The notes under the pieces were generated by a model that was not told where the DNA came from, made no database searches, and saw only the letters and a list, made by a program, of their open reading frames with translations. Of a stretch of DNA of 64,000 nucleotides, positions 28,385 to 39,802 are shown one piece after another; positions within the stretch are counted from its first letter, which is position 1, and each line of letters opens with the position of its first letter. The translations under genes and the position numbers were made by a program. The stretch lies in the IMG/VR virus record IMGVR_UViG_3300035497_000412. One strand, 5' to 3'. Source of the DNA: a virus. Its lineage: Duplodnaviria; Caudoviricetes.

Positions 28385-29494
28385 TTAAGCCTTCACACTT
28401 CCGTCGAGACGACCATCATAGGTAGTGACCTTACCAGTCACACCATCCAGATGCCAAGTGTCAAGATCACCCATCAGGGCGGTATCAACATAAGCACAAA
28501 TGTTGTTGCTCAACATACAAACGACGCCAACCTTCTTATAAACTTGCATCTCACGAGAACGGTCAGCATTAGTAACTTCATCAACTAAAGTGCCACCCTC
28601 GAAAGCAATCTTCACAGGCTTATTATCAGCGCCAGTAGGAATAATCCAAGCATAGCCGGGGTCAATGACCTTGCGACTGTTGGTTTCATCCTCGAAGCCC
28701 TGCTCAAGAATAATGACCTTATTACCCTTGTAGCTAGCAAGACGGCCAGTATTCCACAGCTCAGTCTTCATGGCCTCAGTATAGCGCCAAGCTTCCTGAG
28801 GAATCATCTGCACAGCAAACTCATAAGTGCAATAAATAGTAGGAGTGCCATAAGCAGCAGCAATAGTAATCAGCTTATCAAAAGCAGCTTCATCAAAGCC
28901 AGTGGCAGCAACACGGTTGGCAGGGGGCAGTTGGTTGATAGAAGCTTTCAAGGCAGCGCCAACTTCCTTATAAATCAGCTCATCCATACCCTCCATAATA
29001 ATCTGAGTGACCTCAGCGAAGTCCACACGACCATCAAGGAACTCTTCAAAACCAATCTGAGCGGCGCCACCAATAGCAGAAGTACGGACCTCAAAGGCTT
29101 CCTCGCCCTTGCTCAGCTTAAAAACTTCATAACGACCATTCAGACCAACGCGAGTCACAAACTGCTTAGCACGCTTGTTAGAACCCAGCTTGCGGCGGAA
29201 CAGAGGTTTATCGCCCTGAGCAAAAGTCTTAACCTCAGCAAATTGATCATACTGCTCAACAACCTTCTTGGGCAGCACATCATCCAGAACTTCCTCAATA
29301 ATAGAGAAAATCAGATTCTTATTCTCGCGATACAGAGAAAAAGTACCAGCCAGCTCATTAAACTCCTGGCGCAGAGTCTCATTCAGAGCCTCATAACTAA
29401 GATTCTGACCATTAAAGCTATAAGCAACAGGAGCAGAAGGCTTGGCTTTAGCACACTGCTTTGCTAAAGCAACTAAATTAGATCTATCCAGCAT
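28385..29494 (-). CDS. major capsid protein
   Basis: 369 aa, strongest codon bias in the window, after protease/scaffold and decoration genes, followed by a terminator. Confidence 0.8.
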   Translation of the reverse strand: MLDRSNLVALAKQCAKAKPSAPVAYSFNGQNLSYEALNETLRQEFNELAGTFSLYRENKNLIFSIIEEVLDDVLPKKVVEQYDQFAEVKTFAQGDKPLFRRKLGSNKRAKQFVTRVGLNGRYEVFKLSKGEEAFEVRTSAIGGAAQIGFEEFLDGRVDFAEVTQIIMEGMDELIYKEVGAALKASINQLPPANRVAATGFDEAAFDKLITIAAAYGTPTIYCTYEFAVQMIPQEAWRYTEAMKTELWNTGRLASYKGNKVIILEQGFEDETNSRKVIDPGYAWIIPTGADNKPVKIAFEGGTLVDEVTNADRSREMQVYKKVGVVCMLSNNICAYVDTALMGDLDTWHLDGVTGKVTTYDGRLDGSVKA

Positions 29495-29512
29495 TATTCT
29501 TCTCTCCTTTCA

Positions 29513-30295
29513 TTAAGCAATACGCATAATCTTAACGCCGCGCTGATGGTCAGGCATGGTATAAACCTTAACGACCTGCCAAGTCATCTTATCGTCCTCA
29601 CCAGGCTCAAGAATACCCTTCTCGCCAACCTTCAGAGTATCACCAACAGAGAGACTATCGGCATTAATAGTGTTAGTAGTGAAAATATCGCCCACATTGG
29701 TCTTAAACACGCGGGGCACCATGGTAGTGCCAGCAGGCATTCTCTGGGGCTTGTAAGGACCTTCAATATGGAAAGGATCCTCATTGTAATGGATCTCATA
29801 CATATCAGGACCAGCAGTCACATCATCATACGCATAAGTCTTCTTGGAATCGCCATCACCAATAGAAATCTCAGAATTACCATCAGCGTCAACACCATTG
29901 TAATAACGAGACTGTCTATCCCAAGCAGTATCAAAATCAGCGGTAGGATTACCATCCTTATCCAGACCAAATCCAAAAGGACTATACAGACGCGCCTGAT
30001 AGTCATCCTTCTTCAGAGCAAACTCGCAATCCATCTGCTCTTCACGATACAGTTTAATCTCATTGTAAACGAGCATCCACTCGCCCTTACCAGTAAAGTT
30101 AACTAAGCCAGAAGCATAATCATACTTCACGAACTGGCCTTGCTCCAGAACATCAATATCTGCGGCAGCGGGCAGCTGGGCATAAATCTGAGCAGTTCTT
30201 TGAGCAGACAGATGGTTAGGCTCAACCTGGCCATAGCCATACTCAACATAGCTAGCCTGACTAGTGATATGCTTCTTTAAAAAATCACTAAGCAT
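29513..30295 (-). CDS. head decoration/cement-like protein
   Basis: 260 aa, YGQVEPNHLS start, between scaffold and MCP. Confidence 0.6.
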   Translation of the reverse strand: MLSDFLKKHITSQASYVEYGYGQVEPNHLSAQRTAQIYAQLPAAADIDVLEQGQFVKYDYASGLVNFTGKGEWMLVYNEIKLYREEQMDCEFALKKDDYQARLYSPFGFGLDKDGNPTADFDTAWDRQSRYYNGVDADGNSEISIGDGDSKKTYAYDDVTAGPDMYEIHYNEDPFHIEGPYKPQRMPAGTTMVPRVFKTNVGDIFTTNTINADSLSVGDTLKVGEKGILEPGEDDKMTWQVVKVYTMPDHQRGVKIMRIA

Positions 30296-30319
30296 TTATA
30301 TTTTCCTCCTTAATTATTT

Positions 30320-31900
30320 TTAGTCTAAGTTTTTCGCAACAGATAAAGCTCTCTTAACCCAAGCGGGCATTGCAGAGTCATCATCATCATTCAGGTTAAA
30401 AGTAACAGGAGCTTTTTGCTCAGTCTCTTCGTCAAGACTAAAATTAACCTTATTGCGAACACAGATAATAGAGAGTTTAGCCTCAATATCATCTAAAGAA
30501 TAAGTATCAATATTTGAAACGACATCTTCTTTATCTTCATCGGAAAGCATATAGAAGCTACTAATCATATCTTCCTTTTGCTTGCGCTCGACCTGTTTTT
30601 TAAACTCGGTCAAAGGAGCAATCTAGCTCTCAAGATTCTCTTTTTCAATCTTTAAGGCACTATACTCCTTCTGTAAAGTGGTATACTGTGAACACAGCTC
30701 GACATACTCAGGAATCTCTTCCAGTGAATATTTCTTCTCTTTACAAGTGCATTCATCTAAAGGTTTGCCGCATTGGGGGCAAACTTCTTCTTCATCTGCT
30801 TTCTCTTCGGTTTGTTCATCGCCATCGTTTTCAGTATCTTTACTGCTCTCTGATTTATCTTCAGTTTTCTTCTTATCATCTTCATCAGCTTTGTCCTAAT
30901 TTTTTTTATTAGCATAATAAGCTTCAACATCAGCTTCAGCAAACTGAGGAGCTTCCTCGTTTTTGGAATAGATGCTAGTAATTTCGATAAGAGTATCTTC
31001 TGGAACGAATTCTTCATTCTCACTAAGAGCAAAATTTAAACGATAATATTTGTCTTCGGCATTTTGGTGCAGGACCGCAAACTTCTGTCCTTCTTCTTCA
31101 CAAACGCTATCAATACTATAAGTATCAGCAGGTAGCTTAGTATCAATGTAATTATCAATACTATTCCAAATATTATCACCAACAGAAACAGAATACTTTG
31201 CTAACACTTTCATTCCTCCTTCTTTTAGAATTTCTTTCAGCTCTTTCATCATTGAATAAAGTTCCTACTTAAAACCTTCATCAAGAGAAAATTGAACTGT
31301 CGGAGCAGTAATGTTAGCCCCTTCAAAGCAAGGCTCACACTCTTCTCCTAAGATACAAAGTTTTGAGATAATTGCTTCATTAATAATAAAAAACTAAGGT
31401 TCTTCTTTATTACCGTTTGACCAATCAGCCTATAAAGTTTTTTCATCTAATTCCATAGATTGATTGTTGCCATGTTCAATAATACGCTGGCATTCTGGAT
31501 ATTGCGACGTCCATAGCCATCCCTCAGTCATTAAATATTCATGTTCAACTTCATTATCATCTAAAAAAGTCTAAAACCAAGTTTTCGCATTTAAATCAAC
31601 AAAACCATAAGGCTTTGTAGTATCCTTAACCTCGAATTCGCCATTAGAGATATCAATAATACGATTATGTTCTTCAAAATCTTCTTTTGCTTCATTATAA
31701 AAACCAACAATCGCAGCACCTCTAAGACTTGGCGCCATTTGTTTAGCAACTTCTTTAGTGATAACACTACCATTTCGATTTGGCTCATCGCCCACATAAC
31801 ATACCTTAATGGTACATTTAGAAATTAAGGGGCTGTAATTAGAAGGAGCCACATCAATTAACTCTACTCCAGAAACTGGAATACTAGTATGTTTTGCCAT
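30320..31900 (-). CDS. prohead protease-scaffold fusion, 526 aa (code 15)
   Basis: Three ORF pieces in one frame. PNRNGS, GWLW and QSMEL protease-like motifs, then an acidic/coiled-coil C-terminal region. Confidence 0.75.
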
Positions 31901-31913
31901 TAATTATACCCCC

Positions 31914-33521
31914 TTAGCTCATGCTTTCTTTATTAGCAATTGTTTTTTCACTTTTTTCATCATCCGGCTTTTCAGGTCGTCCACCGCTTTCTGAGGTAGT
32001 TTCAGAAGAAGATTTAGACTGACCTAAAATGTCCTCACTACTCAAAGTAGAACTCATTAAAGGCGGAATCATAATTTCGCTCAAATTCAGAATCTCATTT
32101 TCAAAAACAGCTGTATTTAAGATAAAGCTCTGAGAATGCCCAAGCGCAATTTGCGGCAGCATCTTAGAGCAACCAGATTGAGCTTGCTCTTTATACATCT
32201 TAGAAACTTCTTTATAGTTATATTGCGTGGTTTCCAGCATATGGAAATAAAAACTATACTTTTTACTAACTGACTTTCTTTTTAAAGCCCTGTTATAAAA
32301 AGCACCTATTTGCAATAGTAAATCTCTCATCATAGATTCATCATTTAAAATTGATTTCTCCAATGATAAATTACCATCTGTATTAAATAGATTCTAAGAA
32401 ATACCAAAAGAGTTAAATGCAGCTCTTTCAATTCGCTCTAAGTCATCAGTGCTTGTCGCAGTATTACTATCTGATAAATCGATAGAACTAACATCAGTAA
32501 AAGTAGTTAAAACATCAGTACCGACTGCGTGTTTAAGCATTTCGACAGCATTATTATGAATATCTCTAGCTTCATCAACATCAAAAATTAAATCACCATT
32601 TTTATCTAATGGAAGTGTTTGAACTACAACTTTTAAAAGCTTCTGCATTTGCTTGCGACGGTCCAACTCTTGCGCTTCATCCAAATCTAATAAAGAAGGA
32701 ATTGCTGTAACAAAAGGAGGCGTATCATTACCATTTAAATTAAATTTTATTGAATACTCAGGGTCTAATAAATACCAACCAGAAGTATCAGTATAACGCC
32801 ATTGACCTGGTTCAGTCCTTGTAATATCCTAAGTCAACTTTCCTTGCTTATAAAGCATATACCCTTTCTTAAATTCATTCGGAAAAAGATTCAGAACTTT
32901 CATACGATAATTAATATCACTAAAAGTATCAAAAAACTTCATGTTAAATTCTACTGCTGGATTATCTCCAACATTGTACCTAGAGCGGCAATAGTTAGCT
33001 GGTAATTGCTGGATAACTATTCTATCTTTTGAATCAATTAAGTATCCATAATAACATCCATTTTTAACGACCTCTAGTGCAATTTCTCCGCAAGTTTTTT
33101 TGATATTAGAATTATCTAAATAATTAAGAACCGAAGAAAAATCTTTTAAAATCTTTTCTGTTTTAGCTGTACTATCAAATACATTTGGCTCTACATACCA
33201 ATCATATCTATATAAGAATCCAGTATAATTACACACTCGCTTATAAATACCATTAACATTATAATAATAATTTGAAATAGCTCTAAGTTCAGCAACATCA
33301 TTCCTAGCGAGACAATTTAAAATATAGTTTTTATCTCCAAACTCTCGCCTTGGCCCAGCCTTTTTATAGCTTCCAAGATTTAACACCGCATCATCAAGAG
33401 TTTTAACGCCGACTTTAACACTCTTGTATTCAGTTCCTTCCGCAGAAGAATACTGTCTAAAAGAATTCATGTCAAAACCTTTTTCATGAATTTCTTCAGA
33501 CCTTGTTTTATTTTCGTCCAA
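31914..33521 (-). CDS. portal protein, ~535 aa (code 15)
   Basis: Three ORF pieces in frame across TAG. C-terminal GGRPEK motif, position between terL and protease. Confidence 0.8.
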
Positions 33522-33536
33522 GCACTTTCACCCCCT

Positions 33537-33896
33537 TTACCAATCATAAGCTCGTTTCATTATATAATCATATGATATTAAATTTTCCTCATGATAAGGG
33601 ATTTCTATCAATCTAATATCATGCAGGGCGCAAAATCTTCGCTTTTTATTGTCATTAAATTGTTGTTGATAAAGGCCCTTTTTACCACCAAATTTTGGAC
33701 TAGCTTCATAATGCTATCTTCCTTGATACTCAATTAAAAAATCAAGATTTCCATCATCATCGAAAACAGCAAAATCAAAGCGTAAGGGGCGACCAGATGG
33801 ACTATTCAAACCTGGAAAAATATATTCCTCTTTAAAATTTATATTATTACTTTCAAGTATTTCATGAATTTTAATTTCTCCTCTTGAACTTTTCAT
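33537..33896 (-). CDS. 119-aa free-standing Vsr/DUF559-like nuclease (code 15)
   Basis: SRGE..RFDFAVFD..IEYQGR(TAG=Q)HY..LIEIPY, TAA 33537. Confidence 0.75.
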
Positions 33897-33974
33897 CTTC
33901 GATAAAACCTCCTTACTTATTTATCTAATATTTTTAAAAAATAAGTAAGAAGGATTTTATCTTTTCGTCCACTT

Positions 33975-36900
33975 TTAATTGAAAAAAGCCCATTCTTTTG
34001 CATTAAATTTCTTATGCTTCTTCTTACTATCTTCTTCTTGTTTTATATAATACAATCCATAACACAATGAGGAAAATTTATCTTTTCCGATTCGTTTATT
34101 AGATCGCTTTAAAATAATATTAATACCTTCTGCTTCTTCTTTAAGGTTTAACAACTCTTCTTTTAAAATATCTGTTAAAACAAAAGGCATCAAATAAGAA
34201 TCTCTTTGTTCTGGAGTCATATTCTGACCCAATCTAGTACCCATTAAGCTATTTTTAGCCAATCGTGCTTCGCGCAAGAATTTAATCTTTCCACTTTCAA
34301 TCTAACTTTTAATAGTAGAAAAAGCTTCAGTGTTAACAGGAGCATTTGCTTTCATAATATAAATAGCTTCATCTTCTGTATCATTAGTTCTGAATCTCTT
34401 ATATTCTTGCGTGGCATCATCTTGCGTTCCACCATAAACTCCAAATGGAGGATAATATTCACCACCTCGGTCTTGTGATTTAACCATGTAATCAATAAGA
34501 CCAATGCCCAGGCCGTTTCCGTCTATCACAACTCGTTTTGCCTTATATTGGTAAAATAATTTTTTAATCGTAATAGCCTAATCCTCCATGTGCATATCTT
34601 CATACACAAAGATATTCACTAAATTCTTTATTGAAGAGCCTTGCGGCTATGGTGTTACTTTCAATGCACAAATAACTGTTTGGTCTCCTTTGCGGCCTAC
34701 GTCTACAGATAGTATATAATAAGCCTATGAAGAAGACCTCCCTGAATATTCATATTCAGGCTTTTGTAAAATTCTATTTCTATCAAACTTTTCACCATCA
34801 AAGAAAGCATCCTCAACTGTTCCAGTCCATTTACTTTCCATTTTTCCTTGCGATATTTCGCTAATATCTCTCTGGCTTTCACCAGAAGGTGAGATCATAT
34901 CATCTACATAACGCCACACGAAACCTTTATATGTTTTAATTTTACCACGACAACATTCACCAATATGCGCATGGCTTTTAAGACCGAGCGCACGAGTAGC
35001 AGTTCCAACAGATGGATAAGTTGTAATATACTTTCCATTTAAATCATATTGATTTACCGCTTTAGCTCTTCCATTGTTTTTATAATTCTTAACTTCACCC
35101 AACTCTGAAGAATAAGACCAATAAAAGTTACCGCTTAAAGCTTTAACATCTTTATTTAACTCTTGTAAAATAATCGAATAATTTACTTTAGTAGCTGCGG
35201 AAGCATCGGCCGCAGTCAAATATTCAGCAACTAATTGTTTATCTTTATTAAAGCAAAAAACGTGATTATATTTTCTTAATTCATTTTCTAATGCGTCTTC
35301 TGAAGTAGCCCATTCAAGATTATCTACACAATTATTCAATTTGTTGCCATCAATATGATTAACTTGGTCCTCTTTATCATCTGTCTTTTCAATAAAAGCT
35401 TCTGCTACTAGTCTATGGGCGTAACATCTTTTTTTCTTTCCAGAAGGTAAAGTCAAATTATAAGAAAAATAACCATTTCTTTCATTTACCTGCCCTTTTA
35501 GATATTTGTTAGTGTTTGAATTAAAACATTTTCCGTCTTGTGTGATATAATATGAGGTACTGATATTATCAATAATAATATTTTTCATAATAACAACCTT
35601 TCGTTATTTTTGTAGTATTGCGCTGCTTAACGCTTTGTTAAGTCTTGATCGTTGAACCTTCTCCTTGCGGAGCTTGGCTGCTGATTGTCCAATCCAGTTT
35701 ATTTTTAAAACATTCGTGCGGATAACTGCACTGTAGTTAAACTGGCTCTAAGGAGTTCCCAGCAATTCACAATATTTAAAGAGTACAAAAGTCTATACTC
35801 TCGTTCAAAGGATGCTTCATTAAACGTTGTATCTTTCTTTAATCCCAGAATGAATGATTTAGATTGGAGGCCAGTTACTACTGGTCATTTTTTTTTGATT
35901 TAATGGACTATATCATCATTAACAAATTTCCACTTATAATTATTGCATTTTTTTTGTTTACTTAAACATACAGCACTGATACCTTTTCTATTAGAATTGG
36001 TCTATCTGGCCGCATCAGAAACGCTATCAAATATTTTAATTATTTCATCTTGTTCATTCAACTAAGCAACTCTTTTTTTTCTACCTCTATCTTCTGGAAT
36101 AAAATCTTCTTCCCATTTCCAAATAAAACCTCCGGAAGTTTTCCTTGTCCCATTAGCAACCTCTCGTATTTTAGAAGCTCCTGTAGCTCTTACAGCATCA
36201 GTTAAGCTCTAAAAAGTTTGCAAGTATTCTCCTTGTAGATTATATTGCTTTACTGGTCTTAATATGTGAGCATGGTTTAATCCATTTCCCCATGCGTGTT
36301 GATTATTTTCTGAAGAAGTATTCCATTCTAAATTTTCTAAACGATTATTTTCTTTATCCCCATCTTTATGATTTACGGTTAAATTTTCCATATTTTGAAC
36401 TGGAATAAAATTTTCAGCCACTAATCTATGTCCAGTTATATAGATAGGATTACCATTTAAATATAAATTAAATTCTATATAACCATTCTATTTCTAATTT
36501 CCTTTTATTAATTCCTTGGTAGAGTAGTTTCTTACCTATCCATCATCTGAAATTTCATAATTTAATATTTGATCTTTATAATTAATTCTTTTCCACATAA
36601 ATTTTTACAACTCCTTTCTAAAGTATATAAAAATTATTCTGGAACATGGAATGGAAGTTGTCCATTTTTTTTTGTTAATGCGAAGCGCTTCAGCCAGTGA
36701 TAAAATCTGGCTTACAGGATTACACTCATCATCCTTAGTCTCTACACTTTCTTTTACTCATCATAAAAGCTTAGCACGGGATAAAGTTATCTCTCTTCCC
36801 CCGTTAGCCCAGTTGGCTTGGACACCGCTTTTTCTTGCGTTCACTTCGTTTTAGGCGCACACCACTCTATGCGCCATGTGCCTCCCATAATATAAGCTTC

Positions 36901-38552
36901 ATCTGGTTTAACTATCATTTGAGTTAAAGTTTGAATTAATTTATCATAACTATAAGTATTTTTATAGCCTGCGGTAGTTCCTTTTATTCCACACAGCTCG
37001 CTATTTCTATGTGCGTTCTCTTATGAACTGCTATATATTCCTATATAGAGTAGACTATATCTTCACCTTCAACTTTACTTGTTAAGGGCCTCCCGCTTCG
37101 ACTCGCTTGAGTCTACGTCATTCGACTAGTCGTTGAACCTTCTCCTTGCGGAGCTTGGCTGCTGATTGTCCGTTCTGGACTTCCCAGCAATTCAAGAGGT
37201 TTGCTTTTGCTAATTTCTTAACAATGATACTAATTAAATTAATATAAATTTGACTTTGATTTAATGTTTCAGATTCTTGTGTTGTACCATCCATGCACTA
37301 ACGAGACACGTTCATTAGCAATTATATTGGACTATATCATCAACTATATAAAAATAGCTGTCACGCGCTTCGATCGGTGATAAAATCCGATCTACAAGAT
37401 TACACTCATCATCTTTAGTCTCTACACTTTCTTCTATTCAACATAGAAGCTTAGCACGGGATTCTCTTTTGAAGTTCCCCGTTAGCCCAATTAACTTGGA
37501 CACCCCTTTATCACGGGTTCACGCAATTTTCTTTAGTGATTCACACCACTAAGCCCCCTAATGTCGAGGGATAATAATTTGCTAGAGCATATCTTGGTCA
37601 ACACCAACGCATTCTTCTATAACTCCTGCGTGTTTGCGCAAGCCACGAGAACTCTCTCTAGCTGCAACGTTTTCAATATCTGAACCATTTTTAAGAATAA
37701 TTTTACACTTATCTTTACCCATTTGGGTCTAACCTCGACGCCAGTCTATTTCTCGTTTAAACGCTGGTATCTTAGCACAAATATCATTAACTTTCTCTTG
37801 CAAGATTTGAGAACTTTGTTCTTTTCCTCCAGCAGTAGTAAACTAATGAGACCCTGGATATAAAATTCCTCTAATTAATAAAATCATAACTGAAAGGAAA
37901 GATTTTGAATCTTTATATTCTAATAAGTTCGCAACGCTTATTACGTTCTCCAATGAACTGCTTATATTTTCATATAAGAATAGACTATATCACGCTTTAT
38001 TATGTTAATAAAGCCCTCCTTTTTCGATTTAAGGGGTTCTCACCCGCCGCATTAACTTCGGCCCTACTCCTATTGCTTCTATTTTTATTCCGAGGAAGCT
38101 TTCTCAGGATAGTCGTTGAAGTTTATAAATAAATCATTTATATTACCTGCGGATTCCCATATTAAAGTAACTTAGGGTTCCCGCATTTTAAGAGGTTTGT
38201 CCACAGAGATCATATGAAGCTCTCTGATTTGGCGCAATTCAATTTACGCTCTCGGATATACAGCATAAACATATTTATATCTCATGCCTATTCTTAAAAA
38301 TACCCTCTAATAAAAAAATAAATTAAAGGTTATTTTTATTTCTTTTCCGTCATGATTCTTATAATAAATGCCATCTTCTTTTTCATAAGTTGGCTTGCCA
38401 CCAGTCTACATAAAATCTACGAATAAATCAGGATATTCTCTCCAAAAGGCAAAGTATTGCCGCAAGACAGGCTTAATTGGGAGGATGCGTTCTTCGGAAA
38501 TGCCAATCTTCTTTTTATTGTTATTAATTAATAATAAATCTTCTAACGCCAT
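33975..38552 (-). CDS. terL: terminase large subunit, 597 aa, 6 exons (38552-38246, 37910-37567, 37318-37242, 36979-36869, 35885-35795, 34838-33975), code 15
   Basis: Spliced product has Walker-A-like PRAYSKS, Walker-B GVIEE, motif-C YITTA, REYESKW, and nuclease SVDVG, IDGNGLG, KDKFS. Exon total 1794 nt. Confidence 0.92.
34725..35588 (-). CDS. intron HNH/NUMOD1-type endonuclease fused in frame to terL exon 6 (287 aa in code 11; 537 aa to 33975 in code 15)
   Basis: HRLVAEAF..VNHIDGNKLNN..NLEW plus NUMOD1-like repeats; reads ..SQGKM|ESKWTG into the exon. Confidence 0.85.
   Translation of the reverse strand: MKNIIIDNISTSYYITQDGKCFNSNTNKYLKGQVNERNGYFSYNLTLPSGKKKRCYAHRLVAEAFIEKTDDKEDQVNHIDGNKLNNCVDNLEWATSEDALENELRKYNHVFCFNKDKQLVAEYLTAADASAATKVNYSIILQELNKDVKALSGNFYWSYSSELGEVKNYKNNGRAKAVNQYDLNGKYITTYPSVGTATRALGLKSHAHIGECCRGKIKTYKGFVWRYVDDMISPSGESQRDISEISQGKMESKWTGTVEDAFFDGEKFDRNRILQKPEYEYSGRSSS
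34839..35794 (-). mobile_element. group I intron terL-5 (956 nt) with HNH ORF lacking its own stop
   Basis: P1 GAGUAU/GUACUC, P10 ACUUUU/GAAAGU, covarying P7 GAUCA/UGAUC, terminal G 34839. Confidence 0.92.
35886..36868 (-). mobile_element. group I intron terL-4 (983 nt) with HNH ORF in P8
   Basis: P1 GGCGCAU/GUGCGCC, P10 UGGU/ACCA, AUCCCGUGCUAAGC, GUAGAGACUA and GAUAUAGUC core. Confidence 0.92.
35900..36598 (-). CDS. intron-encoded NUMOD4-HNH-NUMOD1-type homing endonuclease, 232 aa (code 15)
   Basis: MWKRI..YEISDDGQV..HRLVAENF..VNHKDGDKENNRLENLEWNTSSENNQHA, several TAG. The C-terminus overlaps the intron S element. Confidence 0.85.
36980..37241 (-). ncRNA. group I intron terL-3 (262 nt)
   Basis: AAUUGCUGGGAA, AAUCAGCAGC, GUUCAACGACUA, AAGAUAUAGUC core; junction restores YI/TTAG. 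Confidence 0.9.
37319..37566 (-). ncRNA. group I intron terL-2 (248 nt)
   Basis: P1 CCCU/GGGG, P10 CAUUAG/CUAAUG, same core type as terL-4. Confidence 0.92.
37911..38245 (-). ncRNA. group I intron terL-1 (335 nt)
   Basis: P1 GCGU/GCGC, P10 UGAAU/AUUCA, UUCAACGACUA and GAUAUAGUC core; interrupts the Walker-A-like motif. Confidence 0.92.
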
Positions 38553-38554
38553 AA

Positions 38555-39787
38555 TTAATCATCTCTCAACTGAATTGAATAAGTCAATTCATCTTCATCT
38601 TTCCATTTTTCTTCCAATTGTGCTAATTCCTGGAAATCCGCATCCTCTACAATAGAATCTTCACTATTGTAATCAAACAAAGCATCCTCTTCACTTTGTT
38701 CTTTTTCGCCAACTGAGAATACACTCGCTTCTTGAATAGCTTTCTTTTCGTCTTCAATAGCTTTAAGACTATTCTCAATTAACTGCCCAAGACCTTGTTC
38801 ATTTTCAACTAGCTCTCTAAGATAAATCTAATTATCTTGAATAACTCTATCAACCTTATCTTTTGGACTATCAACATAATACCTTGGAATAAAACCATCT
38901 GTTTCACAAAGCGCAACTAACTCTCCAATAGAGTCAATTAATTCAGCTTCCTCGGTTTTATTCTGAGCCGCTGTCCATTTTCCTGATTTCATAAAATTGT
39001 CATAGACTCTTGACATCTTTTGGGCGCCTTCAATATCCCCTAAGTCCAAAAGTTGGTTAGCTTTTAGACTAGATTTACACGCAAGCTTTAACGTATTAAT
39101 ATCACCTGCGGTTTGAATATCATAAGACGCCATCATTTCCTAGAACAATTGTTCTAGCTAAACCCACTCTTCAGGCTTATATAATTTACCCCATTTAATG
39201 CGCAAATAGTTGCGGTCCTCATCAGTTAAATCAATATTGGAATCCGCAGTATCACCAATATTTTCTAACTCTCGCTCGGACGCATAATTCTCTTGCGGAT
39301 CGGGTTCATCTTCATATACCGGTTGCGCAAGATCCTCAGTCGGCATGGAAAAAGTTGCCTTCTATATTACTTCTGTAATCTGCGCTGCATCATATCCCTG
39401 ACGCTTCATCGCCTGTTCTATTTTATTATTTGCTAGCTATTGGAGAAACTCGTTATCTTTCCAACGATAATCCTTAAATTGCTTCAACTTCATTTTTGAA
39501 ACATAGCGACCAATAATGGTTGTTCCACCTACTTTAGAACGGTCTTTTCCATAAGTAGCTAAAAGTTTATTCCATTCATCTGGAATATAGGGGACGTCTA
39601 TCTCTTGTAATATCCATAAGTAGGTATCAGGGTCCCAGTTATCAACGTGCATTGTTAAACACTTTTTACACTAGGTCATTTTTCCTTCATTGGGATACTT
39701 TTCCAAATTATTAGAAGTATAAAATTCGCTCCCACGCATAGTTTTACGACATTTTTCGCAATAATAAGTCATATTATTATCTGTCAT
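38555..39787 (-). CDS. 410-aa protein with N-terminal CxxC..CxxC, candidate terminase small subunit (code 15)
   Basis: Three ORF pieces in one frame, directly upstream of terL. Function from position only. Confidence 0.6.
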
Positions 39788-39802
39788 AGATTAGCCCTCC
39801 TT

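Noticed and set aside
23633-30106. Plus-strand ORFs 23633..24313, 28931..29467 and 29546..30106
   Set aside because: Antisense shadows of codon-biased structural genes, with no RBS or motifs
34725-36598. Inteins or group II introns in terL
   Set aside because: No intein splice motifs, RT or domain V; group I core elements are present
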